Shown here: positions 39,930 to 49,285 of the stretch, one piece after another | Layout of the letters: the number at the start of each line of letters is the position of its first letter | Position numbering within the stretch: position 1 is the first letter of the stretch | Source: an uncultured Chloroflexia bacterium | GTDB taxonomy: Bacteria > Chloroflexota > Limnocylindria > Limnocylindrales > CSP1-4 | NCBI GenBank assembly: GCA_963746845.1 | Contig: CAVVCZ010000004.1 | Location: 96,001-160,000, forward strand | DNA length: 64,000 bases | Direction: 5' to 3' | The notes under the pieces: generated by a model | The model's input: only the letters and a program-made list of their open reading frames with translations | Database searches by the model: none | Told to the model about the DNA's origin: nothing | Made by a program: the position numbers and the translations under genes

Positions 39930-40309
39930 TCGTCGCCTGGATCCGCTCGATCTCCTGCTTGCGCGTCACCGCGAACCGCCTTCGACCCAGGACCGTCCCT
40001 CGCCCGGCGAACGATGGAGGCACCGCGGCGAACGATACAGGGCATCCGGGCCAGCGGGTCGGTCGCAGCAGTCGATGGCAGCAATCGGCTGACGCACCCG
40101 GAAGACCGAGCCCGGGAGCCGATTCCCTGAACGCGCCGGGTCGAGCCATGCGCGGCTCGCCGACGCCGGACCTGAACGCCACCATGTCGTCCCGAACCCG
40201 ATCCGCATGACGTGGATCGAGGCGGAAAGCTTCCCCGGTCTGGAAGCTCGTGCAATCGAGCCGGGCCGACGTCCAATGAGCGGGAGGCTGACGGAAGGCG
40301 GTGGCGATC

Positions 40310-40560
40310 GCCAACTCGCGAAGGTCCTGCCGGACGGCGTGTTCTTCGGTGCGTCGGTGCTCGGGCGATCCGGGCGGCACACGTGGCTGGGTCGTCGGGT
40401 CCTCGCCGCGTTCAACCGGCGCGGCGCCTTCGACAACCTCGACGACTCGGAGGACGGGCTGCGTGAGATCCTCGCCGCCTCGTTCGAGAGCGTGGAGCTC
40501 GAGACGTTCAGGTCAGTCGTGGTCTTCTCCGCGTCGAAACCGCGGGCTGGAGAACCGACG
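40310..40560 (+). pseudogene. 3' remnant of a class I SAM-methyltransferase gene
   Basis: PDGVFFGASVLG...AFNRRGAFDNLDDSEDGLREILAASFESVELE resembles the C-terminus of an actinobacterial-type methyltransferase; no SAM-binding N-terminus. Confidence 0.55.
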
Positions 40561-40573
40561 CCCGGGAGCGGAT

Positions 40574-40645
40574 TGCCCGGACCACCGAACGAGCGTAACT
40601 GCCGGATGACTTCGTCGTCACGCCGTTGCAGGGGACGTCGACTGG
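40574..40645 (+). repeat. decayed copy of the msrA 3' end (copy C)
   Basis: CPDHRTSV-LPDDFVVTPLQ-DVD with two small indels. Confidence 0.85.
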
Positions 40646-40686
40646 TCAGTTCGGTCCGCTGCGACCATGGATGAGAGGCGCTGCAC

Positions 40687-41052
40687 ATGGAGGCGAAGCG
40701 GTCGGTCCGAGTTCCCCGCAAGTTCTGGCTCGCGGTCGCCCTCGTCGTCGTGGGTGTCCTCCTTCTGGCGCAGAACTCGACCATCGTCGTTCCCGAGATG
40801 AACTCCTACGCGGTGGTCGACCAGCGCGCCATCGCGGTGAAGGTCGGCGTCGCCCCTTGCAGCTGGACGCGAGTCACGAACGTCACCGAGACGGCCACCG
40901 AAGTTCGGGTCAAGGTCGAGACGCTGCCCTGCCCGATTCCGGGACCGGGCACGGCCGAGCTTGCCGTACGTGAGCTGACGGTGTCGCTCGCCGCCGACCT
41001 CGGCGCCCGCGTCGTGGAGGACGCGAACGGGCGGCCGGTTCCTTCGCGGTAG
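40687..41052 (+). CDS. hypothetical secreted or membrane-anchored protein
   Basis: N-terminal TM/signal; PCSW...VTETATEVRV...PCP; LAADLGARVVED. Confidence 0.65.
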   Translation: MEAKRSVRVPRKFWLAVALVVVGVLLLAQNSTIVVPEMNSYAVVDQRAIAVKVGVAPCSWTRVTNVTETATEVRVKVETLPCPIPGPGTAELAVRELTVSLAADLGARVVEDANGRPVPSR

Positions 41053-41097
41053 CCGAGACCAGGTCGAACCTGTCGGGGTACTGCCGCTCGGTCGACG

Positions 41098-41694
41098 TCA
41101 GCGCGGCAGCGGGTTGGGGCCGGTCGCCGTGACCAGCCGCTGGGGCACCCAGTCGTCGACGTGGTGGAACCCATCCTCGAACCGGCCACCATCGAGCTCG
41201 ACGGATGCCTGTAGTGAGAGTCGATAGAACTTTACGTGGGTGAAGTCCTCGAACAGGATGTAGACGGGGTCGGGTGTGCTGTTCGGGCCCTGGAACTGCT
41301 GTCCCGTCAGGACGGGCTTGTGGGCTTCGACGAACGGGTCGAACGTGTCGCCGACCACGACACCGAGGTGCTCCAGCCCCATCTTGTAGACGCGCTGGTG
41401 GACGGGCGGGATGAGCTCGATGAGCGGGACGACCTGGCCTTCCAGGACCTCGAGTGGCTTGGCGAGGACGATCAAGGAGATCGGGCGGCCGTTCCAGACG
41501 TTCTCCCAATTCGCGGTCGCGTGGCGCTCGAGGAGCGTCCGGACCTGGACGTAGTGGTCCCACTCGGGCACACGGTATGCGAGGTGGCTGAGCGCGTACG
41601 GGGCGATGTCGATGCCACGCGCCTGCAACCGGTCGCGCTGTTGGGCCGCGAACGATCGGTAGTCGCCGATGATGTCCGCGATCGGGTCGGTCAT
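41098..41694 (-). CDS. YecM-like VOC protein
   Basis: SHLAYRV, ENVWNGRPISLI.L, IELIPP, GLEHLG, HVKF. Confidence 0.75.
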   Translation of the reverse strand: MTDPIADIIGDYRSFAAQQRDRLQARGIDIAPYALSHLAYRVPEWDHYVQVRTLLERHATANWENVWNGRPISLIVLAKPLEVLEGQVVPLIELIPPVHQRVYKMGLEHLGVVVGDTFDPFVEAHKPVLTGQQFQGPNSTPDPVYILFEDFTHVKFYRLSLQASVELDGGRFEDGFHHVDDWVPQRLVTATGPNPLPR

Positions 41695-41758
41695 CTCCCG
41701 CCCTCCTCCCGGCATCGTAGACACGCTCCCGGGCCTCGGTTCTCAGGTGGAGAAGTCT

Positions 41759-42199
41759 TCAGCTGAGTTGCTCGGCCAGTCCGACGATGATGCCCTCGGG
41801 GCCGCGGACGTAACAGAGGCGATATTGGTCCTCGTACTCCACCACCTCGCCAACGAGCTCGGCGCCGTGGCGCTGCAGGCGGCCCAGGACGCTCTCGATG
41901 TCGTCGACCGCGAACATGATGCGACGGATGCCCAGCGCGTTCACGGGCGCATCCTCCGGCTCGGCCCTGACCGCCGCCGGTGTGTGGAACTTGTCCAGCT
42001 CGACCCGTCCGTGGCCGTCCGGGGTCCGCATCGAGGCGATGGTGGCTCGGACGCCGTCGAGCCCGATGAGGCGGTCGACCGACTGGCCCTCGACGAGCGT
42101 CTCGCCCTCGAGCTCCAGACCAAGGTGGGCGAAGAACGCCTTGGCAGCTCCGAGGTCGTCGACAACGAGGAGGACGTTGTCCATCCGCAGAACGGTCAT
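41759..42199 (-). CDS. VOC/glyoxalase family protein
   Basis: RMDNVLLVVDDL, MRTPDGHGRVEL, YRLCYVRGPEGII. Confidence 0.9.
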   Translation of the reverse strand: MTVLRMDNVLLVVDDLGAAKAFFAHLGLELEGETLVEGQSVDRLIGLDGVRATIASMRTPDGHGRVELDKFHTPAAVRAEPEDAPVNALGIRRIMFAVDDIESVLGRLQRHGAELVGEVVEYEDQYRLCYVRGPEGIIVGLAEQLS

Positions 42200-42242
42200 C
42201 GCCGGACGATCGGTTGGGCCGGCGCCCGTCGCCTGAGGGGAC

Positions 42243-42329
42243 TCAAACGACGTACTGGAGCGGCATCACCACGAAGTCGTCCGGCAGCTTCACGCCGGTC
42301 GAGCGGTTCGGGCAGCAGCCGTTCGGCAC
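42243..42329 (-). repeat. near-intact duplicate of the msrA 3' end (copy B, 28 codons plus stop)
   Basis: Translates VPNGCCPNRSTGVKLPDDFVVMPLQYVV*; direct repeat of 42969-43045. Confidence 0.92.
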
Positions 42330-42390
42330 CGTCATCTGCTCAGCGTACCGCCGGCCATGGCGGCAGACTACTCGACGCACGGAGGCGTCG

Positions 42391-42951
42391 ATGGGCAGGC
42401 TCATCTACACACTGAACGTATCGCTCGACGGGTTCATCGAGACCCTGGACCACTCGCTCGACTGGGGGGTCAACGATGACGAGCTCCTCAGCTGGTTCGG
42501 CGACCGGGCGCGCGGCCTGGCCGCCTCCCTCTATGGCCGCAGGTTGTACGAGCTGATGTCGGCGTACTGGCCGACGGCACAGGACGACCCCGCCGCGACC
42601 GAGCCCATGCGCGAGTTCGGGCGCCTCTGGCTGGGCATCCCGAAGATCGTCTTCTCATCGACGCTGACGTCGGTCGACTGGAACAGCCGGCTCGTCCGAG
42701 GCGACGTCGGCGAGGAGCTCGCGCGGCTGCGTACCGAGCTCGACGGTGACTTCGAGGTGGGCGGTCCCACGCTTGCGTCCGCGTTCATCAGGCGGGGCCT
42801 CGTCGACCGGTACGAGCTGGTCGTGCATCCGGTCATCCTCGGGTCCGGGACGCCGTACCTCCCGCCCCTCGACGCGCCGATCCGCCTGCGCCTCACCGAC
42901 ACCCGCACGTTCGCGTCGGGCGTGACGTACCTGGGCTACGCCACCGAGTAG
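42391..42951 (+). CDS. dihydrofolate reductase family protein (RibD C-terminal-like)
   Basis: NVSLDGFI, LYGRRLYE, PKIVFSSTL, VGGPTLA, LVDRY, PVILGSG. Confidence 0.9.
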   Translation: MGRLIYTLNVSLDGFIETLDHSLDWGVNDDELLSWFGDRARGLAASLYGRRLYELMSAYWPTAQDDPAATEPMREFGRLWLGIPKIVFSSTLTSVDWNSRLVRGDVGEELARLRTELDGDFEVGGPTLASAFIRRGLVDRYELVVHPVILGSGTPYLPPLDAPIRLRLTDTRTFASGVTYLGYATE

Positions 42952-42968
42952 TCGCGTCCCCCGCGACC

Positions 42969-43646
42969 TCAGTCCACGTACTGGAGCGGCGTCACACGAA
43001 GTCGCCGGAAGCTTCACGCCGGTCGCGTGGTTCGGGCAGTAGCCGCTTCGCGGCGCTTCTTGTCGAGGTACTGCTGGTGGTAGTCCTCGGCGAAGTAGAA
43101 CGGCGGCGCCGGTGGGCCGGTGATCTCGGTCGCGATCGTGCCATAGCCGGCGGCCGAGAGCTGCTCCTGGTACATGTCCCGACTCGCCTCGGCCAGGCGA
43201 CGCTGCTCGTCGTCGTGGACGAAGATCGCCGACCGATACTCGGTGCCGCGGTCATTGCCCTGACGCATTTGCTGGGTCGGGTCGTGGCTCTCCCAGAAGA
43301 CCTTCAGGAGTGCCTCGTAGCTCGTCTTTGCGGGGTCGAACACGACCCGCACCGTCTCGGCGTGGCCCGTCCGTCCCGTGCAGGACTCCTCGTAGGTCGG
43401 GTTCGGCGTGAAGCCGCCCTGGTAGCCGACGGCGGTCGTCCAGACGCCGGGCTGCTCCCAGAACGTCTTCTCCTCGCCCCAGAAGCAGCCGAGGGCGAAT
43501 TCGGCGATCTGGAAGCCGTCGGGATACGGCCCCGCGATCGGCGTCCCGAGGACGGTGTGGTTCCGCGGCTGCAGGATCGGGGTCGAGCGGCCGGGGAGCG
43601 CCTCCGAGGCGGTGGGCATGGACGGAGAGCGGAAGAGGAACTGCAT
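42969..43646 (-). CDS. msrA: peptide-methionine (S)-S-oxide reductase (indels near the 3' end)
   Basis: [46 protein letters not shown]; tail [12 protein letters not shown]...PLQYVD* in shifted frames. Confidence 0.95.
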
Positions 43647-43716
43647 GCGCTGATCCTACGCGCGACCCCCCTCGGGGCGATGACGGTGAGGTGACGAATC
43701 GGGGGCGGCGTGACGC

Positions 43717-44964
43717 CTACGCCTCGTCGAACTCGTCGAGCTCGGCCGCCGGCAGGCTGAACCCCACCTCGGCCCCGCCGTCCTCGCGCGGCACCATCCA
43801 GGTCCGCCCGCCCATCGCCTCGATGAGCTGACGGCAGACGAACAGCCCGATCCCGGCCCCGCTCGCGACGCGGCTCGCATCGCGCGTCCGGAAGAACAGC
43901 TCGAACGCCCGCGACGCGGTCTCTGCGTCCAGCCCGATCCCGCGATCGAGCACCCGGACGATCACCTCCGCGTCCGCCCGGACCAGCTCGATCTCGATCG
44001 GCGTCGCCCGCGGGCTGTACTTCGCCGCGTTCGACAGCAGGTTGCGCACGACCTGCTCTACGTACGTCGGCTCGGCCGCCACGAGCTGCAGCTCCGGGGG
44101 TGCGCGGAACACGTATTCGTGATCGGGGTGGCGATCGCTCTCGGTCGCGACGATGTGCCGGACGAGCCGGGCGAGGTTGATCGGCTCGGCCTCGATCTGG
44201 ACCCGCCCGCCCTCGACCCGTGACAGCACGAGCAGGTCCTCGATCAACCTGGTGAGCCGGTCGGCCTCCTCCTCGATGTCGACGATCGCCTGGTCGCGCG
44301 TCTCGGCATCGAGGGCCGCGCCGCGCCGTCGGAGGATCCGCGCCAGACCGAAGATCGTCGTGACCGGGGTCCGCAGCTCGTGGCTGATGACCCCGATGAA
44401 CGCGTCGCGCAGGGCAGCCGCACGTTGCTCCTCGTCGTGGTGGCCGGCGACCTCGACCGCACCCGCGAGCACGCTGACGACCGCGGTCAGGAGCGCCTCG
44501 TCATCGGGCCCGAAGGCATCGACCTCGGTGGAGTCGACCTCGACGAGGCCGATCCCGACGCCGTTGCGGACGATCGGCACGGCGAGCCACGAGTGGACGG
44601 CGGCGCCGGCGGCCGGACCGGCGATCCGGTCGCCGTCCCGGAGGAGGTCGCCGGTCCGATACGGCGCGAGGGTCTCGACGACGCCCCAGCTCCGGCCCTT
44701 CGGGCGGCGGAGCCGCTGACCCATCGCCTCGGCGGCGAACGGCCCGATCGCGGCGCGGATCACGAGGTCCTGTCCGTCGACGAGCGCGATCGAGCCACCG
44801 GTCAGTCGGATCGCGCCGCGCAGGCGGTCGAGCGCCTCGTGGAGGATCTGATCGAGGTCCAGCTCCCCCGAGGCGGCGGCGGCGATCTCGATGATCAGCC
44901 GGGACGACGCGTCGGACCCGATGGCGGGGTCGAGCACGTCGACGGGCAGGGCATCAACGTTCAC
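43717..44964 (-). CDS. GAF-domain sensor histidine kinase
   Basis: ISHELRTP, NLLSNAAKYS, DRGIG, GAGIGL. Confidence 0.92.
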   Translation of the reverse strand: MNVDALPVDVLDPAIGSDASSRLIIEIAAAASGELDLDQILHEALDRLRGAIRLTGGSIALVDGQDLVIRAAIGPFAAEAMGQRLRRPKGRSWGVVETLAPYRTGDLLRDGDRIAGPAAGAAVHSWLAVPIVRNGVGIGLVEVDSTEVDAFGPDDEALLTAVVSVLAGAVEVAGHHDEEQRAAALRDAFIGVISHELRTPVTTIFGLARILRRRGAALDAETRDQAIVDIEEEADRLTRLIEDLLVLSRVEGGRVQIEAEPINLARLVRHIVATESDRHPDHEYVFRAPPELQLVAAEPTYVEQVVRNLLSNAAKYSPRATPIEIELVRADAEVIVRVLDRGIGLDAETASRAFELFFRTRDASRVASGAGIGLFVCRQLIEAMGGRTWMVPREDGGAEVGFSLPAAELDEFDEA

Positions 44965-45015
44965 CGGGCCATCGTACCTGCGCCCCCCGCGCCGGGCGTC
45001 TGCCCGATCAGCGAC

Positions 45016-46371
45016 TCACAGCCGGAGGAGGAACTTCGCGATCTCGAAGTAGATGATCAGGCCGGTCCCGTCGACGAGCGTCGTGATCAGCGGCGCGGAC
45101 ACGACCGCGGGGTCGATCCCGAGCCGGCGCAACGTCAGCGGCAGCACGGCGGCAACCGTGGCCGACCAGCAGCAGATCGCGAGGATCGTGACCGACACGA
45201 CGAGCCCGATGTCGACCCCGACCCCGAGCAGCTGGGCCCGGCCGAACGCGACGACGGCCATGATCCCGCCGAGGATCAGCCCGACCCGGAGCTCCTTCCA
45301 GATGATCCACGTGATGTCCCTGAGGGTGACCTCGTTGAGGGCCATCGCCCGGACGATCAGCGTGACCGTCTGGCTGCCGATGTTGCCGCCGGTCCCGATC
45401 AGGAGCGGGATGAAGAAGCTCAGCGCGACGGCGGCCTCCAGCTCGTTCGAGAACGACCGGAGGACCGTCCCGGTGTAGGCCTCCGCGACGAACAGGAGCA
45501 GCAGCCAGCCGACCCGCTTCCGGACGAGGAGCGACACGCTCGAGAGGCGATACGGCACGTTCAACGGCTGCGACCCGCCGAGCCGCTCGATGTCCTCCGT
45601 CGCCTCAGCTTCGAGGACGTCGGCGACGTCGTCCTGGGTGATGATCCCGAGCAGGTGGTCCTCGTCGTCGACCACGGGGATCGCGAGGAGGTTGCGCTCG
45701 GTCAGGAGGTTCGCCGCGGTCTCCCGATCCGCCGACGCGCGGACGCGGACCGTCGTGGGTGCGATCAGATCGGTGACCGGCGTCGCACCCGGGCTCAGCA
45801 TCAGCCGATAGAGGGAGAGCACCCCGATGAGGTGCCGCTCGGCGTCGACGACGTAGACGTAGTCGGCGGTCTCGGCCTGTCCTGCCAGGCTCCGGATCGC
45901 GCCGATCGCCCCGTCCGCCGTTGCGTCTGCCGCGACCGCGACGAACTCCGGGGTCATGATCCCGCCGGCGCTCTCGGGCTCGAAGTCCGACAGGCGCCGG
46001 ATCTCGGCCGCCTCCTCGGGATCCATCCGGACGAGGATCTGCGCGGCCTCGGGCTCGCTGAGGGTCTCGACGACGTCGGCGGCATCGTCCGGGTCCATCT
46101 CGGCGAGGAGCTGGGCCGCCTCCTGCCGGGACAGCGTCCGGAGGATCGCGGCCGCGTCGTGCGGATCGAGCTCCTCGAGGACCTCGGGGATCTCCTCGTC
46201 CGGGAGCCATTGGAGCAGGACGGCGACCTCGGGCGGGTCGAGACGGGGGACGAGCGCGGCCCATTCGGCCGGCCCGACACGTTCGGCGAGACCGGCGACG
46301 CCCTCGCGCTCGCGCTCTCGGATCAGCTCCTGGATCTCCTCCAGGAGGGCATCGGTGGCCGCGGTCGACAT
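45016..46371 (-). CDS. mgtE: magnesium transporter MgtE
   Basis: SAGGIMT CBS pair, FIPLLIGTGGNIGSQ, DPAVVSAPLITTLVD. Confidence 0.95.
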   Translation of the reverse strand: MSTAATDALLEEIQELIREREREGVAGLAERVGPAEWAALVPRLDPPEVAVLLQWLPDEEIPEVLEELDPHDAAAILRTLSRQEAAQLLAEMDPDDAADVVETLSEPEAAQILVRMDPEEAAEIRRLSDFEPESAGGIMTPEFVAVAADATADGAIGAIRSLAGQAETADYVYVVDAERHLIGVLSLYRLMLSPGATPVTDLIAPTTVRVRASADRETAANLLTERNLLAIPVVDDEDHLLGIITQDDVADVLEAEATEDIERLGGSQPLNVPYRLSSVSLLVRKRVGWLLLLFVAEAYTGTVLRSFSNELEAAVALSFFIPLLIGTGGNIGSQTVTLIVRAMALNEVTLRDITWIIWKELRVGLILGGIMAVVAFGRAQLLGVGVDIGLVVSVTILAICCWSATVAAVLPLTLRRLGIDPAVVSAPLITTLVDGTGLIIYFEIAKFLLRL

Positions 46372-46779
46372 CGGAGGACCCTCGATGAGGGGTGGGGCCC
46401 GCGGGGCGGGCATGGGTGCGCGGGGGATCGGTTGGCGGACGGCAAATGGCGCTCGACGAGACGGGCCGAGCGTGCCGGGGCATCGTAGCGCTGGACGGGG
46501 CCGCCCGGCGCCGAGGGGCGCCCCACACCTGACGGGCCGGGGGCATCCCATCGGGACTACACCGGACCCTCACGAACGTACCACGCCCCCTGGCCCCCCC
46601 GGTCCCGATCTGCCTATTGATCGCGGCGGCTAGGATTGGGATCGTCGAGATCTCCGCAAGCACGCTCACGCCGGAGATCGCCGATCGTGTCCGACCGCTC
46701 GTCCGTCACCCGCTTCCGTCCGCCCGTCGACCGCGGCGCGCGCCGGATCCCCGGGTCCGTGGAGCGGGGGAGGCCAGCG

Positions 46780-48489
46780 ATGTCCCGTCTCGCCGCCTCG
46801 ATCGTCGCTCTCCTCGTGATCGCGACGATCGCCCCCGCCGCCGCCTCCGCCGCGCCGGCTCCGGCTGTCTGGAGCTCGGCGCCGGCCACGTCGGCGGCCA
46901 CGGCCGCAGTGGTCGAGGGGATCGATGTCAGCCACTGGCAGGGGACGATCGCCTGGTCGAGCGTGGCCGCCGCCGGCAAGAAGTTCGCGATCATCAAGGC
47001 CAGCGAGGACATGGACTTCGTCGACGACCACTACCTGACGAACCGGAGTGCTGCCCAGGCCGTCGGGATCTGGACCGGGGCCTACCACTTCGCCCGCCCG
47101 AGCGCGACGCCGAACGACGCCATCAACGAGGCGGACCACTTCGTCAGCACCGTCCGCCTCGGCGTGCACGACCTGATCCCGGCCCTCGATCTCGAGGACG
47201 CCGGCGGCCTGGGCGTCAGCGCGCTCCAGACGTGGGTCACGACCTGGCTCAACCGGGTCACGACCCGGATCGGGATCCGGCCGATGATCTATACGAGCCC
47301 GGCGTTCTGGGCCAAGTACATGGGCGACACCAGCGCTCTGTCCGATGCCGGCTACCGCGTCTGGATCGCCCACTGGGGCGTCTCCGCCCCGACCGTGGCC
47401 GGGAACAGCTGGGGTGGTCGCGGCTGGACGTTCTGGCAGTACACGAACAGCGGCTCCGTTCCGGGGATCACGGGTCGGGTCGACCTCGACCGGTACAACG
47501 GCACGGACCTGATGGCCGCGGCGTACTCCGTCTTCAGCGTGGTGACGAAGGCCACCGGCCAGGTGAAGCAGGGCCAGACCGCCGCCACGGCCGCGGTCTG
47601 GATCGCCCGGACGAACTTCCTGACTCCGGTTGCGCTGGACGTCAGCGGGCTGCCGCCGGGGGCCGTGGCGACGTTCATCGACAACCCGACGACCGTGTCG
47701 GCCGTGACGATGCAGGTGACGACGACGACCGATACGCCGACGGGGACCTACCCGCTGACCGTCATCGGGAGCGGGCAGGGACTCACGAAGACCGCGCCGG
47801 TCAGCCTCGTCGTCATCGACGGCATCCCGCCGTCGGTCGTCGCGCCCACGATGTGGCTGGAGCCCGGGACGACGCTCGGCTCGACGACGATGCCCGTCTT
47901 TGTGTCGTGGTCGGCGACCGATCCGAGCGGGATCTCGTCGTACGGCGTCCAGCGGAGCTCCAACGGTGGAGCCTGGACCACCGTCGCCCTGGCCAGGCCG
48001 ACCTCGACGAGCGGCTTCCAGTCCCTGCAGAGTGGGGTCGCCCACGTCGAGCGGGCGCGGGCGACCGACCGCCTCGCGAACCTCAGCGGGTGGGCGACCG
48101 GCCGGTCGGTGACCACGCTCCTGACCCAGCAGGTGGCGGGATCGATCAGCTATCACGGGACGTGGACGAACGTGTCCACCAGCGCAGCGTCGGGCGGCAG
48201 CCTCCGGTACGGGCGGTTCGCGGGGGCCTCGGCCACGTACACGTTCACCGGATCGAGCGTCGGCTGGGTGGCCGCACGCGGGCCCGATCGCGGATCGGCC
48301 AAGGTGTACCTGGACGGCGTCTATGCCGGGACCGTCAACCTGCACTCCGGCTCGACCGCCTACCGGTCGATCGTCTTCGCCCGCAACTTCGGGGTCGTCG
48401 GGAGCCACACGCTGCGGATCGTCGTCGACGGGACGTCCGGTCACCCGCGAGTCGACGTCGATGCGTTCGTCCGGCTCGCGATCGGCTAG
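46780..48489 (+). CDS. secreted GH25 muramidase with C-terminal FN3-like and beta-sandwich module
   Basis: GIDVSHWQG, KASE, GAYHFA, LDLE, IYTS, WQYT, VDLD. Confidence 0.92.
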   Translation: MSRLAASIVALLVIATIAPAAASAAPAPAVWSSAPATSAATAAVVEGIDVSHWQGTIAWSSVAAAGKKFAIIKASEDMDFVDDHYLTNRSAAQAVGIWTGAYHFARPSATPNDAINEADHFVSTVRLGVHDLIPALDLEDAGGLGVSALQTWVTTWLNRVTTRIGIRPMIYTSPAFWAKYMGDTSALSDAGYRVWIAHWGVSAPTVAGNSWGGRGWTFWQYTNSGSVPGITGRVDLDRYNGTDLMAAAYSVFSVVTKATGQVKQGQTAATAAVWIARTNFLTPVALDVSGLPPGAVATFIDNPTTVSAVTMQVTTTTDTPTGTYPLTVIGSGQGLTKTAPVSLVVIDGIPPSVVAPTMWLEPGTTLGSTTMPVFVSWSATDPSGISSYGVQRSSNGGAWTTVALARPTSTSGFQSLQSGVAHVERARATDRLANLSGWATGRSVTTLLTQQVAGSISYHGTWTNVSTSAASGGSLRYGRFAGASATYTFTGSSVGWVAARGPDRGSAKVYLDGVYAGTVNLHSGSTAYRSIVFARNFGVVGSHTLRIVVDGTSGHPRVDVDAFVRLAIG

Positions 48490-48600
48490 GCCGGCTCGCG
48501 CTGCTCGCCGGCTCGGCCGGGTCGTCCGGCTCGCGGGCCCGCCGGCGGCCTATGATGATCGCGCGGTCGGCCCGTGTCGCTGTGCCGGCCGCGGAGCGTG

Positions 48601-49278
48601 ATGACCGAGACTCCCGGCCCGACCGAACGTCCCCTGCGCGTGATGGTCGTCGACGATCACGAGATCGTCCGACAGGGGCTCGTCGCGCTTCTCGATCGCC
48701 GGTCGCGGTTCGAGGTGGTGGCCGAGGCCGGAACCGTCGCCGAGGCGGTCGAGCAGGCGCATCGGTTCGAGCCCGACATCATCGTCATGGACGTCCGCCT
48801 GCCAGACGGCTCCGGGGTGGAGGCGTGCCGCGACATCCGGGCGGACCTGCCCGCGACGCGCGTCGTGATGCTCACGTCGTTCCCGGACGACGAGGCCGTC
48901 CTGTCGGCGATCGTGGCCGGCGCGTCCGGTTACCTGCTCAAGCAGATCCGGGCCCGAGACCTCGTCGCGGCGCTCGAGGCGGTCGGGCGGGGCGAATCGC
49001 TGCTCGATCCCGCGGTCACGGAGAAGGTCCTCGAGCGCGTCCGCCGCCTGAGCGCGGGCGGCGCGACGGACGAGCTGTCCGAGCTGACCACGCAGGAGCG
49101 GAAGATCCTGATGCTCGTCGCCGAGGGCAAGACGAACAAGGAGATCGCCTCGGAGATCTTCCTGTCGGACAAGACGGTGAAGAACTACGTCAGCTCGATC
49201 CTCTCGAAGCTGAACCTCGAGCGCCGGGCCCAGGCCGCCGCGTTCGTCGCCAGCCACCGCATCGACCGCGGCGCCTGA
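48601..49278 (+). CDS. NarL/DevR-like response regulator
   Basis: VVDDHEIVR, MDVRLPD, LuxR HTH GKTNKEIA...KTVKNYVSSILSKL. Confidence 0.95.
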   Translation: MTETPGPTERPLRVMVVDDHEIVRQGLVALLDRRSRFEVVAEAGTVAEAVEQAHRFEPDIIVMDVRLPDGSGVEACRDIRADLPATRVVMLTSFPDDEAVLSAIVAGASGYLLKQIRARDLVAALEAVGRGESLLDPAVTEKVLERVRRLSAGGATDELSELTTQERKILMLVAEGKTNKEIASEIFLSDKTVKNYVSSILSKLNLERRAQAAAFVASHRIDRGA

Positions 49279-49285
49279 CCGTTCG

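Noticed and set aside
37563-42951. Classical integron cassette array
   Set aside because: No intI, no attC-type R''/R' inverted cores recognised, and gene orientations are mixed; the spacers derive from msrA instead.
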